From Scyliorhinus canicula (lineage: Eukaryota): a DNA stretch of 64,000 nt. Shown one piece after another: positions 26,534-37,919 of this stretch. Each line of letters opens with the position of its first letter. Position 1 is the stretch's first letter. The notes beneath the pieces were generated by a model that did not search any database, was not told the origin of the DNA, and saw only the letters and a program-made list of their open reading frames with translations. A program made the translations under genes and the position numbers. Location of the stretch: the NCBI RefSeq assembly GCF_902713615.1, contig NC_052154.1, positions 80,827,072 through 80,891,071 of the forward strand, in the 5' to 3' direction.

Positions 26534-26660
26534 ATGATGTGGAGATGCCGGCGTTGGACTGGAGTGGGCACAGTAAGAAGTCTTACAACACCAGATTTAA
26601 GTCCAACAGGTTTGTTTGGAATCACTATATTTCGGAGCGCAGCTCCTTCATCAGGCGAGT
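26534..26660 (-). mobile_element. Penelope-type mini-element
   Basis: ATGATGTGGAGATGCCGGCGTTGGACTGG..AGTAAGAAGTCTTACAACACCAG consensus. Confidence 0.8.
26622..26658 (-). ncRNA. Minimal type I hammerhead ribozyme motif (intact core)
   Basis: TCGC-CTGATGA-A-GGAGCTGCGCTCC-GAAA-TA-TA-GTGA: core CUGAUGA/GAAA, stem II, palindromic stem III (AUAU), AUA cleavage site, stem I UCGC/GUGA. Confidence 0.6.
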
Positions 26661-26877
26661 GAAGAGATAGGTTAGACAAACACCGCGTATAAAGACCATA
26701 TAAAGGAAGTTGCCATGTACGGTGCCTGTGGCACTGAACGCGGAGCATTGTGACCGTGTCTGTCCCAAACACATAAAACACATCAAATTGCATTGGAAAG
26801 CTCAAATAATTCTACAACATATTATAAAACTTTAAAGATGCCTGACAATACACAACTGATGTTGTCTTGAGAGGTGG

Positions 26878-26945
26878 TGGGATGAGGGTCTAATCTACCT
26901 GAAGAAAACGCCTCCATTTCACTCTTGAAACTCGGCCGTTGGAAC
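26878..26945 (+). promoter_or_regulatory. Putative proximal promoter block conserved between genes 2 and 3
   Basis: TCTAATCTACCTGAAGAAAACGCCTCCATTTCACTCTTGAAACTCGGCCGTTGG matches the minus strand of 59458-59530, about 130 bp upstream of each ATG. Confidence 0.45.
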
Positions 26946-27071
26946 CACAACCACAAGCGTATCCGCTCGAATGTCATCACGTCATACTTCTCATCAGGGT
27001 AAACGCAGTATTATTTTGCATCAGAACCAGACATTTGGGTGATCTTCGCACGTCCAGTACCTATCCCTGAA

Positions 27072-27126
27072 ATGGCAATTAGGGTTGTGCTTCAGAAAGC
27101 ACAGCTCGTAGGGATTATCTTCATTG
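27072..27126 (+). CDS. Gene 2 leader exon MAIRVVLQKAQLVGIIFI(V)
   Basis: 55 nt, phase 1, donor TTG|GTATTT; a homologous 55-nt exon is present in gene 3 (59281-59335). Confidence 0.75.
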
Positions 27127-30100
27127 GTATTTTCCATAGTCTACTCCTCGTCTTTATGTTTGTCGCTTGCTCTCCATCAGTCTGATTTTTTATATAACTA
27201 AAACGATTGTTCATTTTCTTTTATAGTTGTTGCCGATTCTCTGCTTAACGTGACCCAGATCCCGGAGACAATCCATTCGATCGTCGGTACAGATATTGCA
27301 TTCGAATGTGCGTTTGTTACTTTTCAAGGCCACTCAAATGTGAACATACATTGGTGGAAACTTGGCGAAAATGAATTGATGCAGCCAGGATCAGACAGCA
27401 GGAAGCGATTTGTCACTGGAAACGAAAGAGCCTCCTTCAGACTCCTGAATATCACTGTCCAGGATTCTGGAGTCTATTACTGTGGAGTGACACTTCAGGG
27501 GAACAAGGCTGTAACTGGAAGTGGATCAAAGCTCGTCGTCAGTGGTAAGAGAAGCGTAAAGCGGTAGGCTGTACAGTCTGTTATTCATGATGTGGAGATG
27601 CCGGCGTTGGACTGGGGTGAGCACAGTAAGAAGTCTTACAACACCAGGTTAAAGTCCAACAGGTTTGTTTCAAACACGAGCTTTCGGAGCACGGCTCCTT
27701 CTTCAGGTGAATGGAGAATGGAGAATTCTTCAGGTCACCTGAAGAAGGAGCCGTGCTCCGAAAGCTCGTGTTTGAAACAAACCTGTTGGACTTTAACGTA
27801 GTCTGTTATTCAACTGAGTAATCAAGATTGGCATCCCTTTCACGCTCCCTTGGGCGTTCCTTTAATGCTTACATTAGAAATAAATTGTTCCAGCAGAAAG
27901 ATGTTAGGTATCAAATAGGGATGCTCTTTTCACCATCTTAGTTACTCCAGTAATTATTAATTGTGTTCTTTCATGCATTGAGACCCACAGAGGAAACGTT
28001 TTCATGGCATTCAAGTGCGGATGTAGATTGTGAAATAACTTGAGGTAGTTTCTATATAAGTAATGTTTTGAACAGTTTAAACTCGTGCTGATCATCAAAG
28101 ACAAAGAAAATATCTGGAAATAAAAATTTTATTGAGTGTAATTTCAATCAGAACACGAATCTCTCTCTTCCTGTGGTAAAAGGAATGCTCATCATACAGG
28201 GAATAAAGCGTTTTAGAAGCAATTCAGTATTTTGCAAACGTTCTACTATATGAATCTGGCAGCAGGTTTGCACACACCATTCTACAAACAGACATGAGAC
28301 GCTACTAAGTAATTTTATAAAAAAATTAGACTACCCAAAAATAGTCGATATATTAACATTCTTCTTGGACCTTCCACCAGCCCTCCCAACTCCAGTGAAG
28401 ATTGTTCCCCATGTATCTGAAAGCAATGTACCTGGTTCTTTGACTCTCCTGTGTGAAATGGCTTCATTTCACCCGGCGGGTCTGACTATCACTTGGTACA
28501 AAAACAATGAAAGCATTGTGACTGGAATAAACACCACGAAGCAACTCAGCAGAGCCGGAATGTATGACGCTTGGAGCTATTTTGAAGATGCACAACCGAT
28601 CCGGGAAGGAACTGTTTATAGCTGCCTGGTTACTCACGTGACTCTTCAAATTCCAGCCATGGCAAGTTACATGGTTCCCACTTGTAACCCAGGTAGGATA
28701 TCATTTTCATAGAGAAAAAAGTGACAATGCAAAATAATTATCTACCGTTATTATCCCGAACGTGTTGTAAATCCCACCACAATAACAGACAATGAAAATA
28801 AGGCGCAAAATGTGCTCCGATCTTCCAAAATAGGATCAATATTGAAAACACTGCAATTTCTTATTTATTTCCACTTCACTTACGTTTCCATTTTCAGACC
28901 TTCCACCTCCTCTGGAATAGTGCCATCCTTTAAAATGGACAGAACTTCCAGATTTGGTCTGGGGTGAAACTGGCGGTTACAGTTGTGCCGCCTTTCTCCA
29001 TACTGCCAGATTTACTTCCCACTTGTCATCGGACCAAAACTGACAGTTCGCCAAGTGCAATTGTATCGCGTAACCGTAAATATTGCGACCCAACTATTTT
29101 TTTACAGAAGTAATTTCTCGCCACTGTTCTATTTCATTCGGGAAATCTTCCGACTTCATTCAAACTGCGGTCAGAATTTGTCAATTTCCTATTTCAAATC
29201 AAGTGGTCGCTGACATAGCGGCTCCTTATTGTAACGACATGTAGATTTATTTAGTCCGGAGAAGGTCTGAAACGTGTGTTGAAGTTCTTCAGTCTGAACT
29301 GGCAAATGGAAGTGACACCCTGACGGCTCAATGGCAAATGTATATGAGTATTCCCTGTGCTCACGCGATTTCTAATGGAATGAACTAAAATTCTGCCGTT
29401 TATCAAATACTTGTTACATATCGATAATTTTCTTGAAATAATGCCAGACACATACTTTGGAATTAATAATAGTGTTGGGGCCACGGAATGAATTGTGCGC
29501 TCATAATTTGCGGCGACAAACCAACGGTAAACCTTCGCACGGGGGAGTCACGATATACCTCCACGTAATGGGCAAAGGGATTTAATACTTGAATTAGTTA
29601 ATTTGAAAGAAAAATAGTATTTATTTCCATTGCAACGATAGCGACCTCTGGTGTCCCGAGTCTCAAAATAGAATACCGAGATTAAGTATCGGTGAGCCTG
29701 GAAATCAAAAAAGCGCAACATGGGTGATAGCGAGTGTTTTGTTTACACTTTCCCAGATTACCTTCAGGATTTCCACAGGTTGATAGATGCGGTGTGTCAC
29801 TTCCCCATCCCGAACACCCTTGGCTTAGTTTTTAGAAACTTGCATGAATTTTCATCAAAAACAGTTGATTGGGCAGCGCGCTGGCGCAGTGGTTAGCATT
29901 GCTACCTCACGGCACTGAGATTCCAGGTTCGATCCCGGCTTTGGGCCACCGTCCGTGTGGAGTTTGCACATTCTCCCCGTGTTAAGTTGCCCCTTAATGG
30001 GAAAAAGTTAATTGGGTACTCTAAATTTTTATTAAAAAAACACGTTGACTCCCCATGCAAAACTGATCGTGCAATTCTTCGATATTAAAATATGTTTGTG

Positions 30101-33100
30101 GATGTGACTACAGATGACACCCTCCAGAATTCACAGCTCCATATCTGAAAGTTATATCAATCTTCCAGATCGTGACAGCACCTCGTTCTCATCTTATTTA
30201 CGGATCTTTGGATGCGCAGGGTTCGCACTGATGTTTTTGCTGCTGGTGACTTACTGTATAATGTTATTCATACGGAGCAGCTATGAAGGTAAGATATCAC
30301 GCTCTAATGTAATTAAAATATAAACCAACATTAACAAACAGCCGCTAGTCAGCAGCAAGAGAAGACCACGATGAACTCAGTTTTCTGTTGGCGCTGGTAC
30401 AATATGAAACTAACCTTGCTGGGAACATAAAAACATGACTAAACGTTTCGATAGGTATGGAAAGAGAAAACAGATTGTTTAAAACTAATGTAGGCCCCTT
30501 ACAGTCAGAAACGGGGGGATTCTTATCGGAGAACAAAGAAATGGTTGACGAATTAAATTCGTGCTTTGCTTCTGTCTACACAAAGGAAGGCATGAATTAT
30601 GTACTGGAGTTTTGAGTAACACAATTTCAGTGAGGAGCTGAAGGAAATTTGTATTAGCAGAGAAATGGTTTAGTGGAAATTCATGGGATTGAAGGCGGAT
30701 AAATCTCCAGGACTTGATAATCCTCATCCCAAAGTAGTTAAGAAAGTGGCCGGAGAAAAAGTACATCCATTGGTGATCATTTTCAAAAATTCCTTGCACT
30801 CTGGAGTGGTTTCTACAGATTGGAAGGTAGCTAATAAACCCAGCTATTCAAAAAGGGAAGTAGAGAGAAAACAGGGAACTATAGACCAGTGAACCTACGG
30901 TCGGTAATAAGAAAGAGTCAATTATCAAGGATTTAATCGCACAGTATTTGTAACGCAGTAGTATAATCGGACAAAGTCAGCCTGGATTTATGAAAGGGAA
31001 ATCATGCGTGACAAATCTTCTAGAATTCTTTGAAGATGTAACTCATAAAAATGACCAAGGAGAACTGGTCGATATGGTTTACTTAGATTTTTAGAAGGCT
31101 TTCGAATAGATCTCAAAGCAGATTACTATGTAAAGTTAAAGCACATGGGATTGCAGGTAGTATGAGATGGATAGAAAGCTGGCCAGTAGACGACAAGCAA
31201 AACGTTTTCTGATTGACAGGCAGTGACTAGTGGAATCTCGCAGGGATCTGTGCTAGGACCCCAACTGTTCACATTAAATATTAATTATTTGGACGAGGGG
31301 ACTAAATGTATTAACTCCAAACTTGCAGATGATACAAATTTGGGTGGGAAAGGGAGCTGTGAGGAGGATGAAGAGATGTTTCAGCGGGATTTGGACAGGT
31401 TTGGCGAATTGGCATATGCATGGCAGATGTTGTATGTTGGAAGCAAAAATATGAAGTCATATTATTATTTGAATGGGTGTAAATTGAGAGAGGTGATACT
31501 CAGCGAGAGCTTGGTGTCCTCGTGCATCAGTCACTGAAAGTAAACAGGCAGGAGGTAAAGAATACATATGGTGTGTTGGTCTTCATAGCGCGAGGACTTG
31601 AGTATAGGCTAAGGGATGTTTTACTGCAATTGCATAGGGCATTGCTGAGGCCACAGCTGGAGTATTGTGTGCAATTTTGGTGGTCTTATCAGAGGAAGGA
31701 TGGAGGGAGTGAAGCGAAGGTTTACCAGGCTGATTCACAGGATGGCAACACTTTTATATGAGAAGAGACTAGGATTGTATTCATTGGAGTTCAGAAGAGT
31801 GAGAGGAGATTGCATAGAGACTTGTAAAATGTTAACAGGATGAGACAGGATAGATTCGGAAAGAATGGTCCCGATGGTGGGGGAGTTCGGAACTAGTGGT
31901 CATAGTTTGAACATTCGGGGGAAACCTTTTAGGACTAAGGTGAGGGGGGATTTCTTCACCCAGAGAGTTGTAAATCTGTGGAATTCGCTACCACAGATAG
32001 TAGCTCAGGCCAAAACGTTGTGTAGTTTCAAGAAGGAATTCGATATAGCTCTTGGCGCTAACGGAATCAATGAGAATGGGGCGAAGAGGATCAGTAAATT
32101 GAAATTTCTGATCAGCCATGATCATAATGAATAGCGGACCAGGCTAGAAGATCCAATATACCTCCTCCAGATTCTATTTTCTATGTATGTTTCTATGTAT
32201 GTTGTTGGATATTAATGTAGGTCTGAGACTGTTTACACTATTTAGTTTAGATTGGCAAGACCTTAAACATATATTGTGTTTCCAGAACACCACCTTCCAA
32301 CGCACCCTGATCCGAACACCTCCTCTCTGGTATCCAAGAGAGTAAATATGCTAGAAGAATTTTTCCAAAAATTGTTTTCTCCACCATTTAGGCAGAAATT
32401 TCACTTTTTTTTATTGCAATGTAGAATTTTGCCTTTGTATTTTCACATCCCTTGGCGTAAACATGGGTTGTGGAATTTGATGATGCTTTCTTGCCTTCAC
32501 TAGACTCTAAACTGATATTCGATTTACTTGCTGAATCATATTGTGTATTATTGACAATGACGTTTTGAATTCAATGTTTTAGTAAGCAGACAGAGAAAAT
32601 GTGTAGCAAACAATTGTGGCAAATCTGTATGTTAATGATATTCATTCCCCTGATCTCTTGATTTTGTGTTGAGCTGAGAACATTTTAAATCTATGTTGGA
32701 TCAGGGAAACGCTTTTGCATGATTAATATCAATGTAAATTTGTATGTTTATTTGGCTTACCCATATCAAACTGGGACATCAATAAAAAACACTTCCAAAT
32801 CAATATTGGCGCCGAATTCGGTCCACAATCCACCATGCAGGAACTATGTACTCCAAGTCGTCTCAGAATCAGCGGTAGAGTAGCTTTTTTTAAAAAGAGG
32901 ACCAGTATCACAATCTGGGGACGTCCCTAGCATAGGTCTGCACTATGAGATCGCATTGTTTCTGGTTAGAATGGGACGAAATTTGAGCGAGCTCCTTTAT
33001 GCAGAGCTCTAAAAATAGCAGGGAGTAAGCTTTAAAGGCGAAGAGTGGTTTGCCAACTTGGATCCAACTACACTTTTACCATTCGGATTATTTTTTTGCC

Positions 33101-34152
33101 AGACGTATTCGGCCGTCTAGTCTGAGAAGGACAGCACGGTAGCATAGTGGCTAGCACAGTTTATTCACAGCTCCTGGATCCCTGGTTCGATTGCCGGCTT
33201 AGGCCACTGTGCGGAGTCTGCACGTTCTCCCGTGGGTTTCTTCCGGGTGTTCCGGTTTCCTCCCGCAGTCCAAAGATGTGCGGGTTAGGTGGATTGGCCA
33301 TGCTGAATTGCCCTTAGTGTCCAAAGAGATTAAGTGAGGTTACTGGGTTACAAGGATAGGGTGGAAGTGCGGGCTTGGATAGGACTCTTTCCAAGGGCAG
33401 ATGCTGACTCGATGGGCCGAATGGCCTCCTTCAGCACTGTAAATTTTGTGATTCTATGATTCTATGAAGGGGACGTATGACGGCGCAAGCACGACACAGA
33501 CGTTGCCTGCCAGCATTTAGATAGCGAACATTCATCTAAAAGGAAGTACGTAAATAACTCTTGTTTCCTCTCTCTTCTAATTCTCAAGATTGGGATGGGC
33601 TGCGGTCACCACAGCCGCCAGATCCCAACGTTTCTCGGGATTGGTTCCCCCGGGTTTTTCTGACCAATGTGCCGAAGGACCAACCATTTTAGTTGCAATG
33701 ATCTGGACGACAATGATCAAAATTCTAAGTTTCCAGCGCAACGTACATTGCATATAGTGTATTAATGATAATGTTGTCACTATTTCAAATTAAATTGGCA
33801 ACCACTGTCAATTTGGTATAACCTATTTGAAGACACATATTTTGGGGACAGGATATTAGTTCAACGAAATTGCCTGAGTTAATATGATGACTCAGTATGT
33901 AAATACACTAACCTAAAGACGAGTGAAGTATTATGATGACAATACTTCGCTTTATTATGTATTTTGTAGGTAAAGGAAGTTAAGACCTAACTTTGCAAAA
34001 CATCTATTTTACAGACATTGCAAGTCGCATTTGATAACTCGCTCGCTTATGCAGAAGTCGAATTAATTCGTTCTAAGAAAAATGGAAATCCTCGAGGCAA
34101 AGAAAAGAGCACAGAATTCGCAGACATAAGGAATGTACGGAAAGAGAGATAG
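27072..34152 (+). CDS. Gene 2: VJ-C1 IgSF receptor paralog; exons 27072-27126, 27227-27544, 28381-28692, 30169-30288, [short cytoplasmic exon unresolved], 34015-34152
   Basis: GT-AG phase-1 introns link leader, V, C1 and TM. The last exon aligns with gene 1 exon 6 but needs a phase 1->0 connector exon; candidates are 30353-30396, 33521-33549 and 33589-33629. Confidence 0.8.
27227..27544 (+). CDS. Gene 2 V exon with J-like G strand
   Basis: AFEC, WWKLG, DSGVYYC, TGSGSKLVV; acceptor TTTTATAG|, donor G|GTAAGA. Confidence 0.95.
27588..27799. mobile_element. Penelope-type fold-back mini-element with two inverted hammerhead motifs, 13-bp TSD
   Basis: TSD AGTCTGTTATTCA at 27575-27587 and 27800-27812; empty site in the gene 3 paralogous intron. 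Confidence 0.88.
27736..27770 (+). ncRNA. Minimal type I hammerhead ribozyme motif (sense to gene 2; identical antisense copy at 27675-27709)
   Basis: CAC-CTGAAGA-A-GGAGCCGTGCTCC-GAAA-GC-TC-GTG. Confidence 0.62.
28381..28692 (+). CDS. Gene 2 C1 exon plus stalk Cys
   Basis: LLCEMASFHPAGLTITWYKN..YSCLVTHVTL..TCNPG; 312 nt, as in gene 1; acceptor CCACCAG|, donor CAG|GTAGGA. Confidence 0.95.
29874..30040 (+). mobile_element. HE1/V-type SINE (internally deleted)
   Basis: GGGCAGCGCGCTGGCGCAGTGGTTAGC..GGTTCGATCCC..GGGTACTCTAAA. Confidence 0.8.
30169..30288 (+). CDS. Gene 2 TM exon (DRDSTSFSSYLRIFGCAGFALMFLLLVTYCIMLFIRSSYE)
   Basis: Acceptor TCTTCCAG|, donor AAG|GTAAGA, 120 nt phase 1-1, 23-aa hydrophobic segment. 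Confidence 0.9.
30400..32200 (+). mobile_element. CR1 LINE RT region and 3' end (decayed), inside a gene 2 intron
   Basis: KSPGLDNPHPKV, TSGISQGSVLGPQLF, LADDTNLGG, LRPQLEYCVQFW, FFTQRVVNLWNSLP; (TTCTATG)-like tail. Confidence 0.9.
33128..33465 (+). mobile_element. HE1/V-type SINE
   Basis: Full consensus with an (ATTCTATG)n tail. Confidence 0.85.
34015..34152 (+). CDS. Gene 2 terminal exon: ITIM LAYAEV and degenerate ITSM TEFADI
   Basis: Acceptor CTATTTTACAG|; TLQVAFDNSLAYAEVELIRSKKNGNPRGKEKSTEFADIRNVRKER*; motif spacing and RKE end resemble gene 1 exon 6. Confidence 0.75.
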   Translation, partial: TLQVAFDNSLAYAEVELIRSKKNGNPRGKEKSTEFADIRNVRKER

Positions 34153-35254
34153 TTGTCGAATGTCCACACAGAGCAAAGAGTCAATTGATGTCCCAATTTG
34201 ATTTGAGTACACCAGAGAAAAATACAAATTTATTCCTTTGTGTTGACCAGGTCTACAGAAGTGGCATTGGATTGCTCTTGTTTTCAGCAACACCAATCCT
34301 TATTATCACCCAGATTAATTCCAAGCCAACGTTACAGCTAAAGCTTTGCAGCTGACTGTAATTTTCCGGTTGAACAGCGAACTGTCAGAAATCCCTGCCA
34401 CTCTGCCGCGAGAGGGACAACTCAATTTCAGAGTCCACACGTGCGCAGAACAAAGCGGAAACCGAGAAGCTGCCGCCAGTGAATTTCTACTTATGTTTAA
34501 TATGGGCCGTAAATGTAACTACGGATTGCAATGTCCTGTCTTGTCATAGTTTGACGGGATTACCCTCTACTCAGGTGTTAGTCTGCGTATAAATCTTTGG
34601 AAAGGTTAATGTTTCGTTAAATGAGGAGACACGTGTTTCTTTCAACAGCATTTTACCCCATCTTTATTGCTGAACATTCTGGTTCATCGTGAAAACCAAG
34701 TCTTATGTTTGTGGAATCTGATATACTTTAAAATATTTTGAAGATTACTGACATTTTAGCTTGTATCTAAAATTTCTAAATCCACTCATAATCATTAATT
34801 TGGATGTCTGAAAATGTAAACGAAAAATGAATGTGCTTTTTCATCCTGGTTTGTTGTGTGTGAATAATTCAATGTGGTCAGTTACTTACTTGCTTGTTTG
34901 CATTTTCGATGATACGGCCGACGGAATTTCGTTGAGCTGACGTTCGATTAAAGCTACCATCGGCAAAGAAGAAAATTATGCAACAGAGATTATTTCTCTT
35001 TTTGGGAACAATTCTTTGAGGACAGAGATCAGGACCATTGATTTGGTGCTGACTGCCAATCTTACCGCGATAATATGAGTCTGTCGGAGCAGAACGGAGG
35101 TCTTTGGAAATGCATGTGATTAATGTGGAAGTGAAATTTATGAGTATTGACTATTGTCTGTAAAAGAGCCACGAACTAAATAAATGAGCGACTATGGGGC
35201 CATCTCAAGCAGCACACACACATCGACAAGATGCTGAAGAGGAGGAGGATTACT

Positions 35255-35415
35255 TACGTATTTAAAAAAAAAATTAGAGCACCCAATTATTTTATTCCAA
35301 TGAAGGGACAATTTAACGTGGCCAATCCACCTAACCTGCACACCTTTGGGTTGTGGGGGTGAGGCCCACGCAGACACAGGGAAAACGTGCAAACTCCACG
35401 CGGACAGCGACCAGG
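35255..35415 (-). mobile_element. Truncated HE1/V-type SINE
   Basis: Reverse complement of the V-core and GGGTGCTCTAA tail. Confidence 0.75.
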
Positions 35416-37919
35416 ATCCTTTTACATAATTAAGACTGGATAAATTAAATTGCTGGGTGGATGGAAACCTGAATTTGAACTGCTGTGAAGAAAAATGTTT
35501 GGAGTCAGATGACCTGTCGCTTTCCAGCATTAAAAACAGGGATTTAAACAGTCAGATATAGAGGAGTAGACCAGGAGAGAACACCTTGGCTTTCATAGGT
35601 AGATGCAATGCTTGTAGGAGTCTAACGCCGGCCTGGTTAAAGGAGACGAACAAGGTGAAGCAGACAACTCACGCTATTATGTCCAGTTTCTTGGATAACT
35701 GATATCTAATGTTGTTGGGGCACTAAAGTTCTGAGATGCTTGATCGTGACTGCATAACAAACAAAGGATCATACATAAGCAATCAATTCGTACTAGATTG
35801 ACTATTTAACAAAGCATCTTATCGTAGCTTACATCCACCGCGCTCTGTTGCTGGCGAACTCCTCGTAATAGTCAGGTAAGGGAGGCAGCTGCATGCTGTG
35901 AGCACTGACCGAATCCATCTGCCAACCAAACAGCAGAAGTCCAATAGAGCTGTGACGATTGACTCGAGCGAGAGCGAAGGAGGGAAGAGGAGAGCGAGAA
36001 AAAAAGGAAATTGTAAAGTAATGAAATCACTCAACACATAGCAATGGCTTTGCATTGATGCCATCGCTGTAAGTGTAAACAGACGAAATTACAATAATTG
36101 ACATTATCTCATCGATGAAACGAGTCTTCACGAAAGGCGGGCATTTGGCTGCACCGATTACGTTTTGGGCTGCAAAGTCCACGAATTGATAATCAGATTT
36201 TAGGATCATTTACCTCTCCAACTGAAGCGAAGAACATGAGAACTGAGATCGCTCTTTAGCCTCACGATCTCGATATAATTTCAACTGAGCACACTGATTA
36301 GGATAAACCAGCATCTAAGCGACTCAGTACTGCACATCCGGGGACCATTTGCCCACTGTGTGATAGGCGAGTTACAGAGATCTTTCGAAAGTGCTGTCCT
36401 TCTCAGAGGCTCTCAGAGCTTCTCCTCCAATGGCTGTTTTATAGCCATGTTTTACGTATCATCAACAAATGTGGGAGAGAAATAAATTGACTGAAACAGC
36501 AGCAGCGGTGATTTCGAGGTCCAGGGAGCCCAGGGCAGGGAGCTGAGAGCGGAAGAACCAAGGATGGGGACCTGGGAGCAGGGGGCTCAAGGGCCGGGGA
36601 GCCAAGGAACACAATCGGGGAGCCAAAGACGGGGGACAAAGAGCGAGGCCAGTCGCGGGCTGGTATCCCATGGAATGGGGACCGGGCTGCCAAGGGCAGG
36701 GTAGTGATGGAACAGGACCGGGAAGCCGAGTGTCGTGGAGCCAAGGAGTGGTAGCGACCAGAGGAGTGCCGGGAGCAAGGCCCAAAGTGCGGACGTGACC
36801 GGGCGGAGTCCAGGTAGCAGAGGCACCAGGGAGCACAGTTCGGGCAGGGGCCCCAGGTGTAGAAGCCAGGCATCCGGTGAGTAGCCCTGGCACATTGGAG
36901 CAGAGCACAAGACATCGGGAGTGGGGCCCACTATTGTCTGAGTAAGTAAGTGATCGGGGAATATGTTTGATAGTGTCCGAGAGAGTGTGTGTGAGGGGTA
37001 TGAGTGTGGACGGGGATGCAGGATAGAGAGCATGAGGGGGGAGAGCGAGTGTGAGAACAGCATAGTGAGTTTGAGTCGGGGATGGGTGCAGAGTTTTAGA
37101 GGGACGTGGATAGTAAGAGAGGTGATGCGCGAGTACGAGGGGTGGGTGAGCCTGTGCGGGGAAGAATGAGTGAGCATGATGGGCTGAAAGAATGGAGGGT
37201 GACAGCTTTTGTGTGGGGATTAGTGAGTTGTGGGAGGTGAAATAGAATGTGGAGAGGTGACCATGAGTTGGGAGGGGTGGGCGGTGAGAGCAAGTCAACC
37301 GGTGTAGTGGCTGGGAGTGGGGGCGACGTGGGCAGATGTCTCACACGCAGTATCAGGGTTTTCACACACCCTCACCCAGAAAGACCACACACTCTCGTAC
37401 ACTCTCACTGTGGTTGACGGTGAGTGAGCACGGAGAGCCTGGAAGTGCGCCAGAAAAACATAGTTTCATCTTGTAGCACTCGAATACTCATCTTTATTCA
37501 TTACAAATTATTTTATTTACTCAGAAAGTTGTTTCATTCCCTTCTTCAGCTTTAAAAAAATTATATTTGATGTACCAAACAGTATCTTTCCGACATTTGC
37601 TTATTGGCCTCTAGCATGTGAAACATTGTGTCCTCTACCCCCACATCAGGCGAAAGGGTGGGACAATCCTGGTGCAGATGAATGAACATACAAGTCTACA
37701 GATGTCTGAAAATGTGTTTGAAGTTTTGTATAGATAGTGCCTGGTTGCTACCTTAAAAGACAGGCGGAGTAGTATTTTCAGCTGCTTTAACCATCTCTGT
37801 GCCTTTTCCAATGGGGTGGCAGGTTGATGAGCAAGCGTTTGATTTTTAATGGCAGCATTAAAAGCCTGCGTGCTTTTCTCAAGAAGTTTTCGTTTTACGT
37901 CGTGCATTCTACCTGACTT

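Noticed and set aside
36440-37400. ORFs of up to 278 aa on the minus strand
   Set aside because: Low-complexity, strand-biased DNA, probably a decayed LINE; no recognisable domain, so left uncalled.
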